From an uncultured bacterium (GTDB lineage Bacteria > Patescibacteriota > Minisyncoccia > Phycocordibacterales > UBA6065), in assembly GCA_903842365.1 (NCBI GenBank), contig CAIMLU010000010.1, forward strand, positions 1 through 46,079: a DNA stretch of 46,079 nucleotides, read 5' to 3'. Positions 1 through 8,886 of this stretch are shown one piece after another. Below the pieces are notes generated by a model. It was not told the origin of the DNA. It saw nothing but the letters and a program-made list of their open reading frames with translations, and searched no databases. Positions within the stretch are counted from its first letter, which is position 1; each line of letters begins with the position of its first letter. Position numbers and translations under genes: made by a program.

Positions 1-30
1 ATATTTCTATACTATCAAAAGTAGCATACT

Positions 31-228
31 ATGTCAACAATATCACAAAATATAAAACGAGTGCGAACAAAGCAAGGATTGACGCAAGACGACTTGGCAA
101 AGAAAGCGGACATCAAATATTCTACCCTTACAAAAATTGAGGGCGGTGTCGTTACCAAACCAAGCGTTCAAACAATTCAAAAAATCGCCAAGTCGTTAGG
201 CGTTCCTATTGAGGAATTATTAAAATAA
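31..228 (+). CDS. XRE/Cro-C1 family helix-turn-helix transcriptional regulator (65 aa)
   Basis: Short ORF with the typical HTH_3 pattern (LTQDDLAKKADIKYSTLTKIEGG ... IQKIAKSLGVPIEELL). It is the first gene of a tightly spaced four-gene + strand cassette. Confidence 0.85.
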   Translation: MSTISQNIKRVRTKQGLTQDDLAKKADIKYSTLTKIEGGVVTKPSVQTIQKIAKSLGVPIEELLK

Positions 229-239
229 TTTTTAAAACT

Positions 240-854
240 ATGTTCAACACTAAAAAAGATAGATTAGTTGTCGAGGTAACAATAGAATTTAATATCACTG
301 CAATTGGGGAATGGCTAAAGGCTGGTGGTAAATTTGAAGATATTGATAAAATCAAACGAGAAGAGTTTGGGGCTTGGAAAGACGCGATAACTCAAAAATA
401 TGTGATTGACATGTTGCCTATTGGTCAAACCAGCGATGCGTATTTTCACAGGAACAAAGGCGTCATCTCTCAAAATATTGGTGGAATTGATTTTTTAGAG
501 AACGCCAAAGACGATGTTAAATATATCGCCGAGAAAGAAGCAAAAATCAGTGTACTTCAGTGGGAAATGTGGCGTGGTTGTTTGGGGCTTAAAGCCAATA
601 AGAAGAATTTGATTTTACTCACTCCGCCTCTTACCGAAGTGGTGGAGCTTGAAACAACCGGCAAATTATCAAACCCGGGAAGTGTAAGAGATGAGGATAC
701 AAAAGTTAAAGTGCCAGTTTCTTTTGACGACAACAACAAACCAAAAGAATTTATGGAGATTTGGCGAGGAAGTGCCAGCGATAGATCGTTAGGATATGGA
801 AATGGTTTAGCGCATGTCTCGTTCTCAACCTTGAATTTTGAAGTGGAATATTAA
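240..854 (+). CDS. hypothetical protein (204 aa), no recognisable motif
   Basis: Long ORF starting 12 nt after the XRE gene stop and ending 6 nt before the next ORF. Coding-like composition. No family recognised by eye. Confidence 0.6.
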   Translation: MFNTKKDRLVVEVTIEFNITAIGEWLKAGGKFEDIDKIKREEFGAWKDAITQKYVIDMLPIGQTSDAYFHRNKGVISQNIGGIDFLENAKDDVKYIAEKEAKISVLQWEMWRGCLGLKANKKNLILLTPPLTEVVELETTGKLSNPGSVRDEDTKVKVPVSFDDNNKPKEFMEIWRGSASDRSLGYGNGLAHVSFSTLNFEVEY

Positions 855-859
855 ATTTT

Positions 860-1243
860 ATGGAAATAGATATCGAAAAATTTGCCGAGGGCGAGGGAAA
901 GAAAATCGCTGACGCGATTGCCTCAAAATATGGGGAAGACCCTGTAGTGAAGCACAAATCGTTTCTCGGCTCATTTTTCGATGGATTTCTTAGTGGTGGG
1001 CTTTCTCGCCTCAAAGTAGAGAAAGAAATTTATAATAGGTCGCTCCACGAAGCAACGGCGTTTTTCCTGAAAAACGGAGACGCGAAATTTGATGAAAAAA
1101 TAAACGGGGTGTTGAAATATCGCGTCTCAATTCGTGTCACAGAGCCAAAGAAGTTAGAGAAAGCCACACCAGAAGAATTACTTGCAAATGTCATAAAAAT
1201 TTACGCGTTAGATTTTTTACTGGAGAATAATATCGTTATTTAG
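860..1243 (+). CDS. hypothetical protein (127 aa)
   Basis: ORF in an operon-like arrangement (5-nt and 9-nt gaps to its neighbours). No recognisable motif. Confidence 0.55.
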   Translation: MEIDIEKFAEGEGKKIADAIASKYGEDPVVKHKSFLGSFFDGFLSGGLSRLKVEKEIYNRSLHEATAFFLKNGDAKFDEKINGVLKYRVSIRVTEPKKLEKATPEELLANVIKIYALDFLLENNIVI

Positions 1244-1252
1244 GAAAATCAA

Positions 1253-1690
1253 ATGACTGATTCAATCCAAACAATTATCTCTGCTCTAACACTTCTCGGC
1301 TTGGGTGGAATACTCGGCGGATATATCACATATCTTTTAGACAAGAAAAAAGAACGAGAGTTCAAGGCGTTAGAGCAGAAAGAGAAAAGGTACAAATCCT
1401 GCCTTTTGTATATGGACGCTTTTTTTGAACCGAAAAATATAAAGTATCTTTCGAGCAGACAACCAGATATTGATGATGTAAAAGATATTATTGAGTATCT
1501 GAAAATGGAATATCACGAGATGATACTTTATGCTTCGAAAGATGTAATTTTTTCGGTCAAAAAGTTTATAGAAAATCCTGTTCGCGATAATTTTCTAAAA
1601 ACCATTTTGACAATGAGGCAGGATTTATCTGCAAAGAAGAATGATTTGGATTTGAATGATATAATTTTAGAGGTTAAATCCAAATCATAG
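1253..1690 (+). CDS. hypothetical protein with one N-terminal transmembrane helix (145 aa)
   Basis: N-terminal hydrophobic segment IISALTLLGLGGILGGYITYLL followed by a charged helical domain. Last gene of the XRE cassette. Confidence 0.55.
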   Translation: MTDSIQTIISALTLLGLGGILGGYITYLLDKKKEREFKALEQKEKRYKSCLLYMDAFFEPKNIKYLSSRQPDIDDVKDIIEYLKMEYHEMILYASKDVIFSVKKFIENPVRDNFLKTILTMRQDLSAKKNDLDLNDIILEVKSKS

Positions 1691-2320
1691 TCGCCGAATT
1701 TCCGAAAACCCCCAGTCCGAAACCCGCCCGCATTCCTCCCCAGACCCCTCCTGCGGGCGGGAAAACAGCCGAGGCAAGGCGAATCCATTCCCCCAGACAA
1801 ATAGTTTCGCCTTGCCTCGTCCGCATTAGTATTTTTAATCATTTGGATTTTGCTCGAAATAGTTTCGAACTTTGTCCAACAAACACCGCATAAAATAAAT
1901 GAAGTGGATGCGAAAGCATTCACTGATTTTATTTTACGGAAGAGAGGGAGATTTGAAAGCCGGAGCCCGGGCCCCATCGAACACGATGGGTGGCGAGGCG
2001 GGGTCGCGGAAATTTACGAGTGACGACGAGTAAATTATCTGTGACCAAATCTTGACCATACCCCCTCCCTCTCTCCGCCCATTAAAATCCCGCTTTTTAT
2101 AAGCGGTGATTTTTATTGGGTGGAGAGAAGTGACTGAACCACTTCAGTCACGTGGGAGATTTGAAAGGAGTTTTGATGTTTTACTAGCAGGTAAAACCAA
2201 AATTCCCGGGTCGGCGAAACATAGAGCGAGGCGACATTTTAAGGTGACCAAATTCCATCCCTCTCCGCATAAAATAAATGAAGTGGATGCAAAAGCATTC
2301 ACTTCATTTATTTTATAAAA
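1691..2320. repeat. orphan array of about three tRNA-3'-end-derived mosaic repeat units separated by terminator-like palindromes
   Basis: Unit boundaries are approximately 1691-1890, 1937-2079 and 2118-2269. Inverted 3'-end-like heads are ggaagagagggagatttgaaag (1938-) and gtggagaga[hairpin 2131-2150]gtgggagatttgaaagg. Direct tails are ctccctctctccgcc (2065-2079) and ccctctccgca (2259-2269). A duplicated terminator palindrome ccgcataaaataaatgaagtggatgc(g/a)aaagcattcac occurs at 1886- and 2265-. Conserved hairpin module at 2002-2046. Confidence 0.6.
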
Positions 2321-2329
2321 ATTGAAATA

Positions 2330-3022
2330 TTATTTTGCCACACTATCTTGGCCTTCAGTAGTAGTAACCGCATCGCCACCCTCTCCTATATTGGATATAT
2401 TGCCATGCGCCGAGGTAGCTACCTTATCACTATCCGACACATTAGATGTATCAATGTGCATTGCTGTGTATTTAACCTCATTTGAATCAACATCACGAAC
2501 CTCAACAAGTTGCGCCACCTCACCTTTTTCGTCGACCAATACTTTATTTTTAACATTAATACCATAACCATTAAAAAGCCTTTCCTCAAAATGTAGTTTA
2601 CCTTGAGGCTTTTCTTTTAGGGCAACCAACCCAGATTTTTGAAAAGCCTTTTCAAGCTCAATAGCTTCTTTAACCTGAGGTATTGACATAGGGTCTTGGA
2701 ACAAGGATTTACCAAAATCCTTCACCCCTTTTCCAGAATCCGCACTATCATAAAACCCTATAGATCTACCGGTTTCTTTATCAGTAATAACGTATTGATT
2801 TTCACCCTTATCTTCAAGATTGTAACGAGAATCGTCACCCACAGACTCAGATGCATGAACAGAGCCGCTCAGTGCTAATCCCGCAAGGATAACCTTACCT
2901 AAATTCATTATTCTTTTCGACGTCCCAACTAAAACACCTTCGCCCTCATTATTAACTGGTTCAAGCTTAGGGTCCATAAACCCGTCCTCGCCTAATTCAT
3001 TTTGCAATTTAAAAGATTCCAT
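2330..3022 (-). CDS. hypothetical secreted or membrane-anchored protein (230 aa; start may be the internal Met at 2908)
   Basis: Signal-peptide-like MNLGKVILAGLALSGSVHA after a 38-aa N-terminal extension. No recognisable domain. Confidence 0.55.
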   Translation of the reverse strand: MESFKLQNELGEDGFMDPKLEPVNNEGEGVLVGTSKRIMNLGKVILAGLALSGSVHASESVGDDSRYNLEDKGENQYVITDKETGRSIGFYDSADSGKGVKDFGKSLFQDPMSIPQVKEAIELEKAFQKSGLVALKEKPQGKLHFEERLFNGYGINVKNKVLVDEKGEVAQLVEVRDVDSNEVKYTAMHIDTSNVSDSDKVATSAHGNISNIGEGGDAVTTTEGQDSVAK

Positions 3023-3095
3023 AAGTGATATTCATTTTATCATAAATAAGCCTTGGATACCCTGTGTTATAATTTAAGTACATAATTTAAAGTAT

Positions 3096-3410
3096 ATGAA
3101 GGAACAATTTCAAGGTTTCGTGCATTTCGTTCGCACACAAGGTGTTGTAGGGCTTGCGGTTGGTTTAATTCTCGGTGGTGCTGTTACTAACCTTGTTGGA
3201 TCAATTATTAAAAACCTTATTAATCCCCTTTTAGGACTCGTACTTGGTCAAGCAAAAGACCTCGCAGATGCATCATTCCATATTCTGAACGCAAATATTT
3301 CATACGGGCAATTTATTCTCGATTTTATAAACTTTGTTGTTATTGCCATTGTTGTCTATTTTGGAGTAAAGCAGCTTGGTCTCGATAAGCTTGATAAACC
3401 AAAACAGTAG
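3096..3410 (+). CDS. mscL: large-conductance mechanosensitive channel MscL
   Basis: 104 aa. N-terminal FVRTQGVVGLAVGLILGGAVTNLVGSIIKNLINPLLG is the characteristic MscL TM1 region, and a second TM helix is present. Confidence 0.85.
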   Translation: MKEQFQGFVHFVRTQGVVGLAVGLILGGAVTNLVGSIIKNLINPLLGLVLGQAKDLADASFHILNANISYGQFILDFINFVVIAIVVYFGVKQLGLDKLDKPKQ

Positions 3411-3472
3411 AGCTTGAAAATATCGCCAGATAAGGTAATCTATTCTCCGTGCATCGCTTGCGATGCACACGT

Positions 3473-3545
3473 GGGCGGTTAGCTCAGTTGGTAGAGCATC
3501 TCATTGACGTTGAGAGGGTCAGAGGTTCAAGTCCTCTACCGCCCA
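3473..3545 (+). tRNA. tRNA-Val (anticodon GAC), CCA not encoded
   Basis: Cloverleaf read by eye: acceptor gggcggt/accgccc, D-arm agctcagttggtagagc, anticodon loop ttgacgt, T-arm agagg-ttcaagt-cctct. Confidence 0.9.
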
Positions 3546-3593
3546 CAAACAAAGGAGTCCAATGCGAAAGCATTGGACGACTTTTTGTTTGCA

Positions 3594-4030
3594 GGCGGTA
3601 GAGGACTTGAAAGCGAGTGCGGGGTTACCTGTTCAATAGAACGGGTCGCACGAGCAGGGCCGAGAAATTTTATGAGCGGCTGGCGAAATAAAATGTTCTT
3701 GGCCAAGTCCTCCTCTTAAATCCTTAAATCCAACCGTGGGTACTGCTCCCGTAGGGAGAAAGTCCTCATCCAGCGACTTTTTGTTTTCGAGGCGGTAGAG
3801 GATTTGAAAGACGGAGGCCGCGAAGCCGTTTTATTGTACTCAATAAAACGTGGCCGAGTCGGGTGAGATGCGACAACAGGAAGCGTTGCAAGACTCATTG
3901 AGATTTTTTCTGAAAAATCCAATGAGTGGACAGATTCTGTAGGAATCGCGAGCACTTAGTCCACGCAGGGTGTATTCACCCGAGTAGACTTAGTGACTTG
4001 TGACCAAGTCATCCTTGCCTGCGTGAGGGC
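3594..4030 (+). repeat. two tandem tRNA-Val-3'-end-derived mosaic repeat units
   Basis: 3594-3611 (ggcggtagaggacttgaa) is the exact reverse complement of tRNA-Val 3526-3543. A second head at 3791-3808 has one mismatch. Both are preceded by cgactttttgttt. Unit 1 closes with caagtcctc (3705-3713). Conserved hairpin module at 3659-3703. Further hairpins at 3828-3850 and 3893-3927. Confidence 0.55.
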
Positions 4031-4074
4031 TTGAAACCGTGCCTCTTTCCCCTCTTTCTGCTACCATTCACCCT

Positions 4075-5253
4075 ATGAAAATCCTCGGCATCGAAACCTC
4101 CTGCGATGAAACAGCAATAAGCTATATCAACACTGACGGTAAAACCGTTTTTGTCCTTGGTAACTGTGTTAATTCACAAGCTGACCTCCATACACCATAC
4201 GGTGGAGTCTTCCCCACACTCGCAAAACGCGAACATTCAAAAAACATCGTCGCAACATTCATGTCCGCAATGAAACCTTTTGTGACGAAAAACGAAGTGT
4301 CACTTGTAACTGAGGAACAAGTAGAAACAATTAAAGCGTTACTTGGTCGGGAACAAGAATTGCTCGATGGACTCCTCGCAGAAATAATTTATTTACAAAA
4401 ACCAAACATAGACGCCATTGCTGTAACCGAAGGGCCTGGACTTGAACCAGCGCTCTGGGTTGGCATTAACTTTGCAAAAGCGCTAAACATTCTGTGGAAC
4501 ATACCAATTATTCCAATGAACCACATGGAAGGTCACATACTTGTTTCACTCCTAAAGAAACCAACGACGAATACAAGAACACAAGAACAAGACGAATATG
4601 AAATAATTCAACCAATCCTACCCGCACTATCACTCCTTATTTCTGGTGGCCACACCGAACTCGTCCTCATTCCAAAAATCGGAGAATACACAATCGTTGG
4701 CCAGACCCGCGACGACGCCGTTGGTGAATGTTTTGATAAAACAGCACGTATACTTGGCCTACCATATCCAGGTGGTCCAAAAATATCAGCGCTCGCCAAG
4801 GAAGCGCGGGAACAAAACATTGAATCACCAGAAAGGCTCCCTCGCCCAATGATTCATTCAAAGGATCTTGATTTTTCATTTTCTGGACTCAAAACAGCGG
4901 TGCTTTATCTTGTACAGAGATTCGGAACACTTGATGAACGGACCAAAAAAGGTATCGCCCGTGAAATAGAAGATTCGATCGTGGAAACGGTGACAAAAAA
5001 AACAACCAGTGCAATTGATGCCTACAACGCACAGTCACTCATCATTGGTGGTGGTGTCATTGCAAATACCCGCATGCGTGAAATGCTTGCACACGTTGCA
5101 GATGAACGTGGTATACCGCTCTTCCTTCCAGAAATAAGCCACGCAACCGATAATGCACTTATGATTGCTGTTGCCGCCTGGTTTTCAAAAGACAAAACAC
5201 TGTTCGAAGGACCCAAAGCACAGGGAGGTCTTTCCCTTCAAAAAACTCCGTAA
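4075..5253 (+). CDS. tsaD: tRNA N6-adenosine threonylcarbamoyltransferase TsaD (Kae1/Gcp family)
   Basis: MKILGIETSCDETA N-terminus, HMEGH metal-binding motif, and SGGHTEL and GGGVIAN motifs. The ORF track starts at 4039, but the Met at 4075 matches the family N-terminus. Confidence 0.9.
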   Translation: MKILGIETSCDETAISYINTDGKTVFVLGNCVNSQADLHTPYGGVFPTLAKREHSKNIVATFMSAMKPFVTKNEVSLVTEEQVETIKALLGREQELLDGLLAEIIYLQKPNIDAIAVTEGPGLEPALWVGINFAKALNILWNIPIIPMNHMEGHILVSLLKKPTTNTRTQEQDEYEIIQPILPALSLLISGGHTELVLIPKIGEYTIVGQTRDDAVGECFDKTARILGLPYPGGPKISALAKEAREQNIESPERLPRPMIHSKDLDFSFSGLKTAVLYLVQRFGTLDERTKKGIAREIEDSIVETVTKKTTSAIDAYNAQSLIIGGGVIANTRMREMLAHVADERGIPLFLPEISHATDNALMIAVAAWFSKDKTLFEGPKAQGGLSLQKTP

Positions 5254-5338
5254 AAATTGACCAAAAACCGTTCGTGGCATTCGATTTTGTATCAAAACCT
5301 AGAAAAAAGGCTTGTTTTTTGCTAGACTTGGCGCATCT

Positions 5339-7582
5339 ATGGAGCATAAAGAACCCAACATACCGGCTAAATTCCTCTCACCATATAACCCAGAAGAGGT
5401 TGAACAAAAACTGTACGAAACCTGGTTTAAAGAAGGATATTTCAACCCTGATGAATGTATAAGAAAAGGTGCGACCAAAGCAGATGCTCCGGTCTTTTCG
5501 ATGGTGCTTCCACCACCAAATGTGACAGGAACACTCCATATGGGACATGCATTAATGCTCACCATTGAAGACATTATGACTCGTTACAAGCGCATGTGTG
5601 GATTCAGAACACTTTGGATCCCCGGAACCGATCACGCAGCGATTGCCACCCAGTCAAAAGTCGAAGGTATTATTTATAAAGAGGAAGGCAAACGCAGGCA
5701 CGATATTGGTCGTGAAGAACTCCTTCGCCGCGTGAATGAATTTGCACAGGCAAGCCACGACTCTATTGTGAACCAAACCAAACGTATAGGTGCATCCCTC
5801 GACTGGTCACGTGAAGCATACACCCTCGATGAAAAGCGCCATGAGGCAGTTTTTGAGGCGTTCAAGCGTATGTATGACGATGGACTCATCTATCGCAAAT
5901 ATCGTATCGTAAACTGGGACCCAAAGGGTCAAACCACCATTTCCGATGATGAATTGATTTACACCGAAGGCACTGGCAAGTTCTATACGTTCAAGTATTC
6001 AAAAGACTTCCCTATCTCAATCGCGACAACACGACCTGAAACAAAAGTTGGCGATGTTGCCGTTGCAGTTCATCCAAACGATGAAAGGTATCAGAAGTAC
6101 ATAAACACAGAATACGACATTGATTTTGCTGGTGAAAAAATTCATATCAAAATTGTTGGTGACGAAGCAGTTGATCCAGCTTTTGGAACTGGTGCCGTTG
6201 GTGTTACCCCAGCACATAGTACAGTTGATTGGGAAATCGCAGAACGCCACAACCTCCCCATTGTTCCAGTTATAAACGAGTACGCAAAAATGAGCGTAAA
6301 ATCAGAACTTTTGAATGGTAAAAAGGTTTCTGAGGCTCGTGAACTTGTTGTCACATGGCTCAAAGAACAAAACCTCCTCGAAAAAGAAGAAACAATTCCG
6401 CAAAACCTAGCGACCGCAGAGCGTACAGGAGGTGTTGTTGAACCTCTCCCAAAACTACAATGGTGGGTAGCGGTTAATAAGCCATTTGTTATTAAAGAAT
6501 CAACCATTACAGGTGTAAAGAGTGGATCGACTGTCACTTTGAAAGACCTTATGCGCGCAGCCGTTGCTAGCGGTGATACCGAAATACTCCCCGACCGATT
6601 CGAGAAAGTATATGAACATTGGATTGGTAATTTACGTGACTGGTGTATCTCTCGCCAAATTTGGTTTGGACATCAAATTCCAGCATGGTACAAATTGGAG
6701 CCAACAACTGACAACCCACAACAAACAACAGGAGAGATACGGATCTCAAAAACATCACCAGGTGAGGGATGGATTCAAGACGAAGACACCCTCGACACAT
6801 GGTTTTCGTCTGGTCTCTGGACTTTCTCAACACTCGGCTGGCCACATGCAACTGATGATTTGAGGACATACCACCCCACCTCAGTCCTTGAAACAGGATA
6901 TGACATCATCTTCTTTTGGGTTGCTCGTATGATTCTTATGTCGACATACCTCCTTGGCACAACTCCATTTGAAACGGTCTACTTCCATGGCATTGTTCGA
7001 AGTGCAGATGGATCAAAAATGTCGAAGTCAAAAGGTAATGTTATTGATCCACTTGATATGTGCAACAAATACGGCACCGATGCTGTCCGTATGTCACTCA
7101 TTGTTGGAACTGGACCAGGAAATGACATCCGCACCTCCGAAGACAAAATCCGCGCCTATAAAAATTTTGCAAACAAACTCTGGAACATTACCCGATTCGT
7201 ACTGTCATCGACCGAGAACGAAACCCTTGAATCAACCTTTGATGCATATTCGACAAAAGACACCGAGCTCATCGCACGACGCGATGCCTTCCTCAAAGAG
7301 ATAACAGGAGAAATGGAAGAATTCAAATATTATCTCGTATCCGAGAAAATCTACCACTATGCCTGGACCGAATTCGCGGACGTAATCCTTGAGGAATCAA
7401 AAACTATTTTTGCCTCAGGAACCGACGCCGAGAAAAAATCACGCAAGCAGTTCCTCCTCTCTACCCTCGCAGTCATCCTCAAGACACTCCATCCGTTTAC
7501 ACCATTCGTTACTGAGGAAATCTGGACATCAATGCCGATTGAAAATAAAAAGATGCTCATTGTTGAAAAGTGGCCTGTATAA
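5339..7582 (+). CDS. valS: valine--tRNA ligase
   Basis: Class I signatures PPPNVTGTLHMGHAL (HIGH) and KMSKSKGN (KMSKS), plus an editing-domain TRPET motif. About 747 aa, so shorter than typical bacterial ValS. Confidence 0.92.
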   Translation: MEHKEPNIPAKFLSPYNPEEVEQKLYETWFKEGYFNPDECIRKGATKADAPVFSMVLPPPNVTGTLHMGHALMLTIEDIMTRYKRMCGFRTLWIPGTDHAAIATQSKVEGIIYKEEGKRRHDIGREELLRRVNEFAQASHDSIVNQTKRIGASLDWSREAYTLDEKRHEAVFEAFKRMYDDGLIYRKYRIVNWDPKGQTTISDDELIYTEGTGKFYTFKYSKDFPISIATTRPETKVGDVAVAVHPNDERYQKYINTEYDIDFAGEKIHIKIVGDEAVDPAFGTGAVGVTPAHSTVDWEIAERHNLPIVPVINEYAKMSVKSELLNGKKVSEARELVVTWLKEQNLLEKEETIPQNLATAERTGGVVEPLPKLQWWVAVNKPFVIKESTITGVKSGSTVTLKDLMRAAVASGDTEILPDRFEKVYEHWIGNLRDWCISRQIWFGHQIPAWYKLEPTTDNPQQTTGEIRISKTSPGEGWIQDEDTLDTWFSSGLWTFSTLGWPHATDDLRTYHPTSVLETGYDIIFFWVARMILMSTYLLGTTPFETVYFHGIVRSADGSKMSKSKGNVIDPLDMCNKYGTDAVRMSLIVGTGPGNDIRTSEDKIRAYKNFANKLWNITRFVLSSTENETLESTFDAYSTKDTELIARRDAFLKEITGEMEEFKYYLVSEKIYHYAWTEFADVILEESKTIFASGTDAEKKSRKQFLLSTLAVILKTLHPFTPFVTEEIWTSMPIENKKMLIVEKWPV

Positions 7583-7593
7583 AATCTTAAACC

Positions 7594-8388
7594 ATGGAAG
7601 AACTTCTCACGCTTACCTACTCGCTCGTTGCAGGTATTCTCCCTGCCCTCTTTTGGCTTTGGTTTTGGAACAAAGAAGATAGGCTCCACCCTGAACCCAA
7701 AGGAAGGCTCATGGCGTGCTTCCTCGCCGGCATGGCTGGTGCAATAGTCGCAATACCGCTCCAGCGCTTTGCAACAACCTTTCTAGGGCTCGATAGATCA
7801 GTTATGCAAGTAGGTTTATTCATAGCGCTCGCAATTCCATCGACGCAAATTATCATTGTCTTTGCTTGGGCTGCTATTGAAGAACTTGTAAAGTACGCCG
7901 GCGCAGCTTTTTTTGGAATACACTCAAAAGACAATGATGAACCGATTGATGCCATGATCTATATGATCTCGACAGCACTCGGATTTGCAGCACTTGAAAA
8001 TACCCTCTTTATCCTAAACCCGATGATAGATGGAAAGATGCTTGATGGTCTCGCTACAGGAAACATGCGTTTTTTGGGGGCAAGTGTTGTACATGTTGTA
8101 TCGTCAGCAATCATTGGCTACGCAATCGCACATGAATTTTATGATAAGGTCTGGAAAAAAGTATTATGGAGAATAGCAGGTGTCATTATTGCAATCGGTA
8201 TACACAGCGCATTTAATTACGCGATACTCTTTATAGCAAACCCGGCAACGCAGCCAGCCTTTTCAATATACGGAACAGATATCACTATCCTCCACATCGT
8301 CTTTGGTTGTGCCTGGATAGTTGCTATACTAGTAATGGCATTATTCGAAAACGTAAAGCACCTCAGCGTGCAAACAACGAATCCATAA
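7594..8388 (+). CDS. PrsW-family intramembrane protease (polytopic membrane protein)
   Basis: Multi-TM ORF with AAIEELVKY (EExxK), FAALENT and HxxxN-like (HSAFN) motifs typical of the PrsW/CPBP-type glutamic intramembrane proteases. Confidence 0.65.
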   Translation: MEELLTLTYSLVAGILPALFWLWFWNKEDRLHPEPKGRLMACFLAGMAGAIVAIPLQRFATTFLGLDRSVMQVGLFIALAIPSTQIIIVFAWAAIEELVKYAGAAFFGIHSKDNDEPIDAMIYMISTALGFAALENTLFILNPMIDGKMLDGLATGNMRFLGASVVHVVSSAIIGYAIAHEFYDKVWKKVLWRIAGVIIAIGIHSAFNYAILFIANPATQPAFSIYGTDITILHIVFGCAWIVAILVMALFENVKHLSVQTTNP

Positions 8389-8390
8389 CC

Positions 8391-8846
8391 ATGTCACGAA
8401 AACCATCTTTCTTTGAGCGCCTCACGGGAAATGTACGTGCCGACGACGAAGAAAATATAGACGAGGAAGAAGAAAACGATGAGGATGAAACCAATCAGGA
8501 CACACCAGAAACTGATGGCCAATTATCTGTTGATATGTATCAAACAGATAAAACCATTGTCATAAAAGCAATGATTGCAGGCGTACGGATAGACGATCTT
8601 GATATTGATATCTCTCGCGAAATGGTAGTCATTAAGGGTCGTCGCGAAGAAGCTGAAGGAATTGCGCATGGTGACTACTTCTTTCAGGAACTCTACTGGG
8701 GATCATTTATTCGAACCCTTTCCCTCCCCGAAGAAATCGAAGTTGAGGAGGCTGAAGCATCAGAAAAACATGGACTCCTTACTATCACCCTTCCAAAGAT
8801 AGACAAGACAAAGAAGAGCAAGCTTAAAGTGAAGTCAGTTTCATAA
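8391..8846 (+). CDS. Hsp20/alpha-crystallin small heat-shock protein with a poly-acidic N-terminal region
   Basis: Alpha-crystallin domain pattern (LSVDMYQTDKTIVIKAMIAGV...FIRTLSLPEEIEVEEAEASEKHGLLTITLPK). The Met at 8391 is chosen because the upstream part of the ORF overlaps the previous gene. Confidence 0.85.
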   Translation: MSRKPSFFERLTGNVRADDEENIDEEEENDEDETNQDTPETDGQLSVDMYQTDKTIVIKAMIAGVRIDDLDIDISREMVVIKGRREEAEGIAHGDYFFQELYWGSFIRTLSLPEEIEVEEAEASEKHGLLTITLPKIDKTKKSKLKVKSVS

Positions 8847-8848
8847 AT

Positions 8849-8886
8849 AGTAAGTAAAAACACCCTTATGGGTGTTTTTACTTACT
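8849..8886. terminator. bidirectional intrinsic terminator between convergent genes
   Basis: 17-bp perfect stem agtaagtaaaaacaccc / gggtgtttttacttact with loop ttat. Confidence 0.6.

Noticed and set aside
557-1014. Numerous 60-130-aa antisense or overlapping ORFs in the six-frame track (for example 557-739, 751-1014, 4608-4879, 6017-6537, 14424-15067, 21533-22114, 23529-23984, 25515-26138)
   Set aside because: They lie fully inside, and antisense or out of frame to, long ORFs with clear family signatures. Their composition is low-complexity or biased, typical of shadow ORFs.
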